Source of the DNA: an uncultured Bacillales bacterium
GTDB lineage: Bacteria; Bacillota_I; Bacilli_A; RFN20; CAG-826
Direction: 5' to 3'
Assembly (NCBI GenBank): GCA_946612115.1
Contig: CAMOEI010000001.1
Span: 40,813-104,812 of the forward strand
Length of the DNA stretch: 64,000 bases
Part shown: in pieces, positions 55,784 to 64,000 of the stretch
Layout of the letters: each line of letters starts with the position of its first letter
Numbering within the stretch: the stretch's first letter is position 1
Program-made: the position numbers and the translations under genes
Notes under the pieces: generated by a model
Seen by the model: only the letters and a program-made list of their open reading frames with translations
The model's database searches: none
Told to the model about the DNA's origin: nothing

Positions 55784-56041
55784 AAAACCTCTATCTTACC
55801 GTCTTTCAAGCTCGGAGCTTAGAGGCTAGGGCTCGTTGCCAAGTTTCAAGCTCGGCCGATTCCCTAAAGAAAGATTAACATTTCTTTCTAGCTTATAAAA
55901 TATTTTTTCACCCCTCCCCAGGTCACTCTTTGAGTGATGCTCAAGGTACCGACGGCGGCTACCTCAGAAATACGTGGGGCAAAAATTTTGAAAAACTGAG
56001 TTTCCCAAAAACTGGGGAACTTTTTTCTAGGAGGAGAAGTC
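55784..56041 (+). other. non-coding packaging region, candidate cos site
   Basis: 258 bp without an ORF between HNH and terS. Direct repeat TTTCAAGCTCGG at 55804 and 55844. Locally GC-rich CCGACGGCGGCTACC around 55949-55963. Hairpin GTTTCCC-aaaaact-GGGGAAC + T6 at 56000-56026. Confidence 0.45.
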
Positions 56042-56371
56042 GTGGATACAAAAAAGATTAAAAAAGAGTATGAGCGACTTCATGCTCTATTTAAAGATGT
56101 CGATGAGACAAAAACAAAACTAGTAGATGAGCTGCTTCATAAAGCGGCTTTTTTAAAAGTTCAACTTGATGATCTCCAAGATGAAGTCATTAAACATGGA
56201 GCGGTGGAATATTCTTCCAAAGGAAACTCACGCCAAACACCATGCTATAAGACTTATCTAGCTTCTCTTGGAGTTTACCAAACTGTTATTAAAACTCTTA
56301 ATTCAATCATTGGTAAAAATGCCATTGATGAAGATGATGAGTTTGACGAATTTATGAAGCAAATAAAATAG
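56042..56371 (+). CDS. terminase small subunit (P27 family-like)
   Basis: 109 aa from GTG 56042 (AGGAGGAGAAGTC upstream). Helical protein in the canonical position; LHKAAFLKVQLDDLQDEV...NSRQTPCYKTYL resembles P27-type TerS. Confidence 0.65.
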   Translation: MDTKKIKKEYERLHALFKDVDETKTKLVDELLHKAAFLKVQLDDLQDEVIKHGAVEYSSKGNSRQTPCYKTYLASLGVYQTVIKTLNSIIGKNAIDEDDEFDEFMKQIK

Positions 56372-56382
56372 GAGATAGCTCA

Positions 56383-57861
56383 ATGGCTTACGAGATTAAT
56401 ATTCATGTTAACAAAAATGGGAAGCTAGAAACTGAAGAGCTTCCTTTGTCTATTTCTGTCTATAGAGAAAGCAAAAGAGTAAAACTCTTATTTGAGGTAG
56501 ATGAGGAAATCGATAGCACTTATCATTACCTTAAACTTACCCATGCAAAAGTAGCTTATCTTTATAGAATCCATAATAACGAATTTGAAATTCCTAAAGC
56601 GGTGACAGCATATGAAGGTAGATGGGAGCTTAGCTTTGTAGCTTGCGATGAAGTGGCTAATAGCGATTCAACGATTACCGCGAATTACATCTATGCTTCT
56701 GAGCCAATAGTGGCGGACGTCACTAAAGGCAACTTAGGAATCATCCATACTTCAGAAGAATTCACTTTGTTATCTCAGCTTGTTGAAGGTAGATTCGATC
56801 ACTTTGAAATCCCAGAAGGAGTGACTTATATAACCACCAACTTCCTAGCGGATGCCACAAATGAATTTACTGTATATATTCCTTACACGGTCACCACAAT
56901 AAAAGCCCATGCTTTTTATCAAAGTGGTTGCACTCATATCGAATTTGAACCTAGTAGTCAATTAGCAACCTTAGAGAATTATGCTCTTTATCGCATTGAG
57001 AATTTAGATGATATTAATTTCCCATCATCCTTATCGAGTTGGGGTCAATACAACTTAAGTGGATGCGGTAGTGAGATAGTCACCTTTGGTGCTAACTCAA
57101 ATTTAAGACAATTGAGTTCATATGCATTTTGGAATATTCCAAGATTAAAAAAGATATATTTGCCAGATAGACTGCAATCTTTCACTGGTGGAACAGCAGT
57201 GGTCAAGGGATGCCCTCTTTTAAACGAAATTTGGTTCCCTAACACGATTAATGTTCCTATTCCAATGGAAGCAATCCAAGATTGTCCACTGCTCACGAAG
57301 ATTACTCTCCAAAGTAATTTTAATGTTAATGCTAACTTCGGTAACTGCACCTCTTTAACAAAAGAATCAGTAGTAGCAATGTTTAGAGCTTTGAAGGATT
57401 TAAGTGGATCAGCTGCAAAGGTGATTTCTCTTCACCAAGTTGTGGTGGATAGACTTAGTGATGAAGATTTAGATATTGCTTATAACAAAAATTGGACTGT
57501 TGGTATTGTTGGCGGAGTTGATCCTCTTGCTGACAAACATTTCCATTACGAAAATAGCTCAACTTCAATCAACATCGATTTCGGCCAAGGAATTGGTTGT
57601 ATTTCTTCTGACTCCTTAGATGCTGCGGTCAACTTTGAATATGAATATTTAACTGATACAACTTTCAAAATTACTTTGACTGGTGATTATGTAGAAAGTT
57701 CATGGGGCGGATATAGACCTGCTCCAGTCGGTGAAAGAATCAATGAAACTGGAATCATTGCATTGAGTAGTGGAGAAGTTTCCTCGATTAAACTTAAAAC
57801 TTATTCCGCTAACAACGTTGGAACAAATAGAACATTCAATTTAGTTAGGGAGGAAGGATGA
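56383..57861 (+). CDS. BspA-type leucine-rich repeat (LRR_5-like) protein inserted between terS and terL
   Basis: 492 aa. Repeats of the type I.IP..VT.I...AF..C..L..I.. (TVYIPYTVTTIKAHAFYQSGCTHIEF, LENYALYRIENLDDINFP, LSSYAFWNIPRLKKIYLP, EAIQDCPLLTKITL). Confidence 0.7.
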   Translation: MAYEINIHVNKNGKLETEELPLSISVYRESKRVKLLFEVDEEIDSTYHYLKLTHAKVAYLYRIHNNEFEIPKAVTAYEGRWELSFVACDEVANSDSTITANYIYASEPIVADVTKGNLGIIHTSEEFTLLSQLVEGRFDHFEIPEGVTYITTNFLADATNEFTVYIPYTVTTIKAHAFYQSGCTHIEFEPSSQLATLENYALYRIENLDDINFPSSLSSWGQYNLSGCGSEIVTFGANSNLRQLSSYAFWNIPRLKKIYLPDRLQSFTGGTAVVKGCPLLNEIWFPNTINVPIPMEAIQDCPLLTKITLQSNFNVNANFGNCTSLTKESVVAMFRALKDLSGSAAKVISLHQVVVDRLSDEDLDIAYNKNWTVGIVGGVDPLADKHFHYENSSTSINIDFGQGIGCISSDSLDAAVNFEYEYLTDTTFKITLTGDYVESSWGGYRPAPVGERINETGIIALSSGEVSSIKLKTYSANNVGTNRTFNLVREEG

Positions 57862-57862
57862 T

Positions 57863-58042
57863 ATGGAAACAATCATTGAAAAAGGCAAAAAAGTCTTAGT
57901 GGCTAGAAGTGGATATTTAATCCAAAGTGTCACCGATGGCTCAATATTAGGAAAGAAACTCATCCTCAGCAAAAAGGATAGCGAAATCCATTATCGTGAG
58001 ATTCCTATTCCATCAGTTGAAAGTGAAAATAACCAAGAATGA
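57863..58042 (+). CDS. small hypothetical protein (59 aa, not in ORF track)
   Basis: My translation METIIEKGKKVLVARSGYLIQSVTDGSILGKKLILSKKDSEIHYREIPIPSVESENNQE. Starts 1 nt after the LRR stop (GGAGG upstream); ATGA overlap with terL. Confidence 0.45.
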   Translation: METIIEKGKKVLVARSGYLIQSVTDGSILGKKLILSKKDSEIHYREIPIPSVESENNQE

Positions 58043-59679
58043 GTTATTTAATCGATTATATAAACGAAATCGAAGCTGGACGAATAATTGCTGGGGAAGA
58101 ACTAAAAAGTGTCTTAAATGGTCTTAAAAATGATTTAAATGACCCTTCCTATATTTACGATGAAGCTCCTGGGAAACTAAGAATCGACTTTATTGAAAAA
58201 TTTTGCAAGCACACAAAATCTCCATTTAATGGTCAACCATTCATTTTAGAGCTATGGGAAAAGGCTTTATTAGAATGTGCCTATGGCTTTAAGATGGCAG
58301 ACACTGGCCTTAGAAGATTTAATGAAGTTATTCTCCTAATCGCTCGTAAAAATGGAAAGACAACGTTTATTGCTGGCATTGATTTATCGGAATTCTTCCT
58401 TTCAAAAGGCGGAACCGATATTGTGTGTGCTAGTAACACTAATGACCAAGCCAGCATCCTCTTTGAGGAAATCAACAACATGAGAGAGCAATCCAAAGCT
58501 CTTAGAAATGAAAGACGTTCCAAGAAGAATATCTTTTATATCTATTCTCCAAGGAACAAAAACAAGATTAAAAAGCTATCCGCTCAAAGCCGTAATAAAG
58601 ATGGTTATAACATCGAAGTTGGATGTATTGATGAAGTGCATGAGATGACTGATTCAAAAGTCTATGATGCAATCAAGCAATCTCAATCAACTAAGAAAGA
58701 ACCTCTAATCTTTATCATTACAACTGAAGGCACAACAGTGGATGGCTTTTTAGATAGTAAGCTCGAATATTGTCGAAAGATGATAAAAGGAGAAATCAAA
58801 GACATAAGAATTCTCCCATGGCTTTATACCCAAGATGGAGTTGATGAGATCTTTTCTGATCCGACTTCTTGGACTAAAAGCAATCCTTCATTAGGCAATA
58901 TTAAGCTTCGTTCTTATCTTGAAGACATGATGGTGAAGAGTCAAAACGACTTATCAACTAGAGTCACCATGCTATGCAAGGACTTTAATATCAAGCAACT
59001 TGATAGTGGTTCTTGGTTAACTTTCAATGATTTGAATAACGAAACACGATTTAAACTAGAAGAACTTAGAGATAGCTATGCTATTGGTGGAGTTGACCTC
59101 AGCTCAACAACTGACTTAACTGCTGCGGTTTTGCTAGTTATTAAAAATGGCAAGAAGTATGTAATCCCTCACTTCTTTATGCCAGGAGATTTAATTGAAC
59201 AAAGGGTAAAGGAAGATAAGATTCCATACGACCTTTGGATCAAAAAGGGATTAGTTTCAGTAACCAATGGAAATCAAAATGATTTTTCCTTAGTTACTCA
59301 ATGGTTCTTATCAATGGTGAGAAACTACGGCATTAGACCTCTATGGATCGGCTATGATCCGTGGAATTCTCAGTACTGGGTAAAGGAAATGGAAGATGCT
59401 GGATTCACAATGGAAAAAATCCGTCAAGGAATCTATACCCTTTCAGAACCAATGAAGCAGCTTGAAGGAGACCTAAAAAACAAGCTTGTTATCTATGATA
59501 ATAATCCTATTCTTAAGTGGTGCTTCTCAAACACTCAAGCCAAGATTGACATCAATGGCAACATTCAACCAAGCAAGTTAAATTCAAAGCTTAGAAGAAT
59601 TGATGGATGTGTTGCTTTGATTATTGCCTATGCAGTTTTAAACCGCTATAAGAACGATTACGAGAACATGATTAGTTAG
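58039..59679 (+). CDS. terL: terminase large subunit
   Basis: 546 aa. Walker A-like LLIARKNGKTT, Walker B IDEVHE, C-terminal RNase H-like nuclease (GGVDLS...D). Position upstream of the portal gene. Confidence 0.9.
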   Translation: MSYLIDYINEIEAGRIIAGEELKSVLNGLKNDLNDPSYIYDEAPGKLRIDFIEKFCKHTKSPFNGQPFILELWEKALLECAYGFKMADTGLRRFNEVILLIARKNGKTTFIAGIDLSEFFLSKGGTDIVCASNTNDQASILFEEINNMREQSKALRNERRSKKNIFYIYSPRNKNKIKKLSAQSRNKDGYNIEVGCIDEVHEMTDSKVYDAIKQSQSTKKEPLIFIITTEGTTVDGFLDSKLEYCRKMIKGEIKDIRILPWLYTQDGVDEIFSDPTSWTKSNPSLGNIKLRSYLEDMMVKSQNDLSTRVTMLCKDFNIKQLDSGSWLTFNDLNNETRFKLEELRDSYAIGGVDLSSTTDLTAAVLLVIKNGKKYVIPHFFMPGDLIEQRVKEDKIPYDLWIKKGLVSVTNGNQNDFSLVTQWFLSMVRNYGIRPLWIGYDPWNSQYWVKEMEDAGFTMEKIRQGIYTLSEPMKQLEGDLKNKLVIYDNNPILKWCFSNTQAKIDINGNIQPSKLNSKLRRIDGCVALIIAYAVLNRYKNDYENMIS

Positions 59680-59688
59680 GAGGCCGCT

Positions 59689-60942
59689 ATGGGTTTATTT
59701 GACATATTTAAACGAAAGAAAAAAGTAGTGGCACCTATTGAATATGATGCTCGTCTTTTTAAATCGACATTGAACCTCTTTACCGATTTTGGTGACAACA
59801 TTAACGCAAGCGACATCGTTAAGATTTGTATCGATAGAATCGCGACTCACTCAGCAAAGCTGAAACCAAGATATGTGAAGACTCAAGACGATAAAACAGT
59901 ACAAGAGAAAAAGGGTGACTTATCTTATCTATTAAAGTTTCAACCAAACCCACTCATGAGTCCTTATGACTTTATCTATAGAGTGGTTACTCTTTTGTAC
60001 TTAAACAATAATGCCTTTATTTATCCAGTTTATGATCCACTGACTTATGAACTTACTGAGCTTTGGCCACTTAAACCTAATTCGGTGGAAGCATTAAAAG
60101 ATGAAAGTGGAGCTTTATTTCTCCGCTTTTATTTTACTGATAAGAAGGCATTCACTCTTCCATATGAGTCACTTATACACTTAAGAAGATTCTATGGAAC
60201 AAACGATATCTTTGGTGGAAGCGGTGCAATTAGTGATCACTCAGCTTTACTGAAGACAATCAAAATTAATGATTCGGTGCTTCAAGGTTTGGATAATGCT
60301 ATTCGAACCTCATTTCAAATTAAAGGCTTGCTTAAAATAAACGGCATGCTTAACGAAAAAGACAAGAATGCTCAAAAAGCTGAATTTGAAAGAGCACTTA
60401 AAGATTCAACTGGAGATGGTAGCTCAATTATTCCAGTTGACCTAAAAGCGGATTATGTTCCGCTAACAGTTGATCCTAAATTAGTGGATTCAACAACCTT
60501 AACTTTCCTTCAAAAGAAGATAATCACTTACTTTGGTGTGAGTGACGCTATCTTTGATAACAAGTTCAATGAAAACGAATATAACGCTTTCTATGAAGGA
60601 GTGATTGAAGGAATAGCTATTGCTTTATCAGAAGCATTTTCCAAGGCATTACTTACAAGAAACCAATTAGAAAAAGGAGAGCAAATCATCTTCTATTCTG
60701 AAAGGCTCCAGTATGCTTCGTGGAATACTAAAGTCCAAGCCATCGAGAAATTGATGGGACTTGGCATTCTTTCTCTCAATGAATCGAGAGCTCTATTAGG
60801 CTTCGAACCAATTGAGGGTGGGAATAAACGTTTGCAGTCACTCAACTATGTTGATGCTGATAAAGCTAACGATTACCAATTAGAACCAATCATCTTGCAA
60901 CCTAAGAAGAAGGAGGACGATAAGGATGACAAAGGAAACTAG
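59689..60942 (+). CDS. portal protein (HK97 family)
   Basis: 417 aa; size, order and pattern (NAFIYPVY..., acidic C-terminus) typical of HK97-type portals. Confidence 0.85.
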   Translation: MGLFDIFKRKKKVVAPIEYDARLFKSTLNLFTDFGDNINASDIVKICIDRIATHSAKLKPRYVKTQDDKTVQEKKGDLSYLLKFQPNPLMSPYDFIYRVVTLLYLNNNAFIYPVYDPLTYELTELWPLKPNSVEALKDESGALFLRFYFTDKKAFTLPYESLIHLRRFYGTNDIFGGSGAISDHSALLKTIKINDSVLQGLDNAIRTSFQIKGLLKINGMLNEKDKNAQKAEFERALKDSTGDGSSIIPVDLKADYVPLTVDPKLVDSTTLTFLQKKIITYFGVSDAIFDNKFNENEYNAFYEGVIEGIAIALSEAFSKALLTRNQLEKGEQIIFYSERLQYASWNTKVQAIEKLMGLGILSLNESRALLGFEPIEGGNKRLQSLNYVDADKANDYQLEPIILQPKKKEDDKDDKGN

Positions 60943-61528
60943 ATTCTCAACCATAGCAAAGCGTGATGGTGAAGATGAAAACAAAATGATAGTGGAAGGC
61001 TATGCGATAGTCTTTGATGAAGAAACTCTTATCGGAGATGAAGAACGTGGCTTTATCGAAGTCATTGATAAAAATGCTTTAAAAGATACCAATATGAAAG
61101 ATGTGCCGTTTAAGTACAATCACAATGACGTCACATTAATCTTAGCGAGGACCAGAAATGGTTCTCTTTCTTTAGAAGTCGATGAAAAAGGGCTCAAGAT
61201 TAGAGCGGAACTCATCGATACCACTAGTAACGTGGATATTTATAAATCCATTGTTGCTGGCTTATTAGACAAGATGTCGTTTGCTTTTACTGTCAAAAGT
61301 CAAAGCTGGGATAGAAGTGGAAAGATACCAAAAAGAACTATTACGGCAATTGATAGGCTCTTTGATGTATCAGTCGTTGATTTGCCTGCATATGACCAAA
61401 CTTCAATCCAAGCAAGTGCTCGTTCTTTAGAGTTGGTGGAGACCGAACTAAAGGCATTGGATGATGCTGAGAACTTAGAAAGAAGACAAGTACTCGCAAA
61501 GCGAATAAAACTCAAAACAAAAATTTAG
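60926..61528 (+). CDS. prohead maturation protease (HK97 / S78 family)
   Basis: 200 aa; VEGYAIVFDEETLI, FKYNHN, SFAF motifs; between portal and capsid. Confidence 0.85.
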   Translation: MTKETRFSTIAKRDGEDENKMIVEGYAIVFDEETLIGDEERGFIEVIDKNALKDTNMKDVPFKYNHNDVTLILARTRNGSLSLEVDEKGLKIRAELIDTTSNVDIYKSIVAGLLDKMSFAFTVKSQSWDRSGKIPKRTITAIDRLFDVSVVDLPAYDQTSIQASARSLELVETELKALDDAENLERRQVLAKRIKLKTKI

Positions 61529-61544
61529 AAAGGAAAATTCAACA

Positions 61545-62726
61545 ATGAATCTTGAATTACGTTTAAAGGAAATTAAGACCCGCCTTGATGAAATTAGAGG
61601 TCTTGTTGATGCTGAAACTGATGCCGCTAAGCTTGAAGCTTTAGATGCTGAAGTCGATACATTAACTAACGAACGCAAAGCTATCGAAAAGAAACTCGCT
61701 ATGAGAGGTAAATTCGATGTTGCTAAAGTGATCGAAACTAAATCCACTGAAACTAATGAAGAATTAGAAGCACGTGGTAAAGCCTTAAAAGAAGGCAGAA
61801 CTGTCACAATTACTGCTGATGGAGTTTTACTCCCTGAACACGTTGATGACAAGATTTCTCCATACCCATTCCGTGAAGTTTCTACTTTAGTAGATGAAGT
61901 TCACACCGTTAACTTAAAAGGTGGAGAAACCTATAAGAAATCTTTCGTTAAATCTCACGGCACTGGCGGTTTAACTGATGAAGGTGATCCATACACTGAA
62001 GCAGAACCAACCTTTGGTTATTTAACAATCTCCAAAGTGAAAGTAACCGCTTATGCTGAAATCACTGAAGAGCTTGAAAAACTCCCAGCTGCTGATTATC
62101 AAGGAGAAGTTGTTAAAGGTGTTAACATTGCTCTCCGTAAAAAGATTTCTGAACAAATCTTACGTGGTGCTGGTACCACAAACACCTTCAAAGGTATCTT
62201 CTCTAATGCTTGTGAAGCTTTAGCCGATGCTACTGACTTAGAAATCAGTACAATCGATGAAAATACCCTTGATGAAATCGTCTACGCCTATGGCGGTGAT
62301 GAAGAAGTCGAAGGTGGCTGTGTCCTTATTCTCAACAAAAATGACTTACGTGCATTCGCTGGTTTAAGAACCGCTGAAGGTAGAAAAGTTCACACTGTTG
62401 ACTACAAGGCAAAAACAATCGATGGCATCCCATTCATCATTTCTTCTCACTGCAAACCAATCACTGCAGCGAGTACACAACCTGGTGAATATGGTATTGC
62501 CTATGGTCCTTTAGCAAACTACGAAGTCCCAATCTTCAGTGGTGTTGAAGTGTCCAAGTCAACCGATTACAAATTCAAAGATGGCATTATCTGCTATAAG
62601 GCTTCCGTCTTCACTGGTGGTAACGTCATCGGTTACAAAGGCTTCTTAAGAGTCAAAAAAGCTGGCAACAGCAACTCTCAAGAAACCAACACTCCTGATC
62701 CAGAAACAACTGATGATGGAGAATAG
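61545..62726 (+). CDS. major capsid protein (HK97 fold) with N-terminal delta/scaffold coil
   Basis: 393 aa. N-terminal coiled coil MNLELRLKEIKTRLDEIRGLVDAE..., followed by an HK97-like body. Canonical position. Confidence 0.88.
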   Translation: MNLELRLKEIKTRLDEIRGLVDAETDAAKLEALDAEVDTLTNERKAIEKKLAMRGKFDVAKVIETKSTETNEELEARGKALKEGRTVTITADGVLLPEHVDDKISPYPFREVSTLVDEVHTVNLKGGETYKKSFVKSHGTGGLTDEGDPYTEAEPTFGYLTISKVKVTAYAEITEELEKLPAADYQGEVVKGVNIALRKKISEQILRGAGTTNTFKGIFSNACEALADATDLEISTIDENTLDEIVYAYGGDEEVEGGCVLILNKNDLRAFAGLRTAEGRKVHTVDYKAKTIDGIPFIISSHCKPITAASTQPGEYGIAYGPLANYEVPIFSGVEVSKSTDYKFKDGIICYKASVFTGGNVIGYKGFLRVKKAGNSNSQETNTPDPETTDDGE

Positions 62727-62893
62727 ACCATAGGTCAAAACACGGAGGAGTGCTCGCTAACCTTGATAAGTCGCTAGTCGCAATGTAATTAGAATGGGAG
62801 AAATCCCTTTTTGTTTACATGAAGGCGAGTCCTTCCGTTTAAGAGTGATAGGAAGAATTCTTGATGGAATTAAAAGAAGAGGAGGTGTCTAAA

Positions 62894-63205
62894 ATGTCGA
62901 GTGAAAACATGCTTGAATTGATGAAAAAAGCTTTGCTTATCCCTGCAACAGAAAACTATGCTGATGATGAGATTTTGATTCATATTGCCTCGTGCCGCCA
63001 GTTGTTAGTCACGGCTGGTATTCCTCGTGAAATCGCTGAATCAAATGACGATCCTTTAGTAAAAGCTCTCATTACCATATATGTGAAGACCAATTTCGGA
63101 TTTAAAAGCAGTGGAGAAGTGAAAGAGCTTCCTAAGAGCTTTGACGTCTTACTTAGGCAACTATGCTTGCATAGACCTGAGGTTGATGGAGGTTCTTCCT
63201 CGTGA
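62894..63205 (+). CDS. head-tail connector (gp6-like)
   Basis: Start moved to ATG 62894 (GAGGAGGTG upstream). About 100 aa helical protein with the pattern ADDEILIHIASCRQLL typical of gp6-like connectors. Confidence 0.6.
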   Translation: MSSENMLELMKKALLIPATENYADDEILIHIASCRQLLVTAGIPREIAESNDDPLVKALITIYVKTNFGFKSSGEVKELPKSFDVLLRQLCLHRPEVDGGSSS

Positions 63206-63552
63206 TAGCCTATCCTAATTCCGCCAACATCTCCTTATTCCTATTACGTGTTAAAACAGATGCTGATGATTTGGGAAACCAAGTCTTGCGTTTGGTTGGC
63301 TCCAAAGAGGTGGTAGGGGTGACTTCCTCTATCACTTCTAAGGAATTCTATCAATCTAAAGAAACAAAAGTTTTGCTTGATTTCAAAGTTTCGATTCAAG
63401 CTTTCCTTTATGACAAAAGTAAATACGTTTATGTGCCTAATGAAGACACTATCTACAAAGTAGAAAGAAGTTATCAGAATGGTATGTGGATGGAACTTTA
63501 TTGTTCTGAAACTCAACTTAAAAAGGAGGAAATCGAAGGATGGAATCTTTAA
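63202..63552 (+). CDS. head closure / head-tail adaptor protein
   Basis: 116 aa; GTGA overlap with the previous gene; size and order as for SPP1 gp16/HK97 gp9-type proteins. Confidence 0.55.
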   Translation: MIAYPNSANISLFLLRVKTDADDLGNQVLRLVGSKEVVGVTSSITSKEFYQSKETKVLLDFKVSIQAFLYDKSKYVYVPNEDTIYKVERSYQNGMWMELYCSETQLKKEEIEGWNL

Positions 63553-63938
63553 AACTAGAAGCTTTAACCCCTGAAATTGAAACCGCAGTCAAAAGTTATT
63601 CTGAAGATGTAGAACTAGCAATAGTTGCTACCTTAGAAAAAACCGCGGATCAAATTCTTGAGTACATAAAAGAAAATGCTCCAAGAAGCTCGTTTAACCA
63701 TGAACATCTTGGTGACTCTTTTATAAAAGAATCCTATGGAAGTGGAGTAAATAAGACTATTGTCATTTATTCCAAATCTAAAGGACATATCGTTCATCTT
63801 ATAGAACTTGGCTTCAAACATCGAAGCGGAAAGATGATTCCTGCTCGTCCATTTATGAGACCAGCATATGATGAATTCTCTCCCAAAATGCTTGAAGAAA
63901 TTAAAAAGATAATTGAAAGAGGTGGTGGTAATGCTTAA
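63540..63938 (+). CDS. HK97 gp10-like tail-completion protein
   Basis: 132 aa; IELGFKHRSGKMIPARPFMRPA motif typical of the gp10 family. Confidence 0.65.
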   Translation: MESLKLEALTPEIETAVKSYSEDVELAIVATLEKTADQILEYIKENAPRSSFNHEHLGDSFIKESYGSGVNKTIVIYSKSKGHIVHLIELGFKHRSGKMIPARPFMRPAYDEFSPKMLEEIKKIIERGGGNA

Positions 63939-64000
63939 GAAATTAAGACAAGTCTTACTGACTGTATTACCCACTGTTATTTATGCTCATATCGATTATG
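63931..64000 (+). CDS. next head/tail-joining gene, 5' fragment only
   Basis: ATG 63931 overlaps the previous gene by 8 nt; MLKKLRQVLLTVLPTVIYAHIDY runs off the window. Confidence 0.35.
   Translation, partial: MLKKLRQVLLTVLPTVIYAHIDY

Larger units (their letters stand above)
42100..64000 (+). mobile_element. HK97-like, HNH/cos-type tailed prophage (left boundary approximate, right end beyond window)
   Basis: Uninterrupted plus-strand array: replication module, RusA, ArpU-like regulator, MTases, HNH, TerS, TerL, portal, S78 protease, HK97-fold capsid, head-completion genes. Confidence 0.85.

Noticed and set aside
62790-62815. Terminator after the major capsid gene (GGGA-GAAA-TCCC followed by TTTTTG)
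   Set aside because: The stem is only 4 bp and is too weak to call, although a leaky terminator at this position would be typical for HK97-like phages.

Overview
Low-GC Firmicutes/Mollicutes-type chromosome segment read with the standard code (TGA is a stop, e.g. the ATGA overlap of mutS2/uvrC at 32080-32083). Positions 1-33.9 kb are housekeeping DNA: thrS (partial), pfkA, a DnaB/DnaD-like initiator plus dnaI, polA followed by a mutM::coaE fusion, dnaE, nrnA, ackA, pheST, a stripped-down dcw cluster (mraZ-rsmH-small TM gene-ftsA-ftsZ, no mur/pbp genes), ileS, lspA, rluD, rnhC, mutS2, uvrC. A tRNA-Arg(UCU) at 33896-33972 marks the edge of accessory DNA. (i) A six-gene plus-strand operon encodes an m5C MTase, an m6A MTase, an HNH-type endonuclease and three unassignable small proteins, and is preceded by four tandem ~21-bp iterons. 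(ii) Convergent with it is a three-gene minus-strand operon with Lamassu/ABC-3C architecture: a 377-aa protein with no recognisable catalytic domain, a 74-aa middle protein and a 544-aa coiled-coil ABC ATPase. This is my top candidate for an uncharacterised conflict system. (iii) From about 42.4 kb to the window end lies an HK97-like, HNH/cos-type prophage: replication module, RusA, ArpU-like regulator, ParB-MTase, Dcm, a compact MetK-like SAM synthetase, HNH, TerS, an LRR moron, TerL, portal, protease, capsid, head completion. No integrase, repressor or CRISPR array is visible in the window. All family names come from my reading of motifs in the translations; none has been confirmed by a database search.
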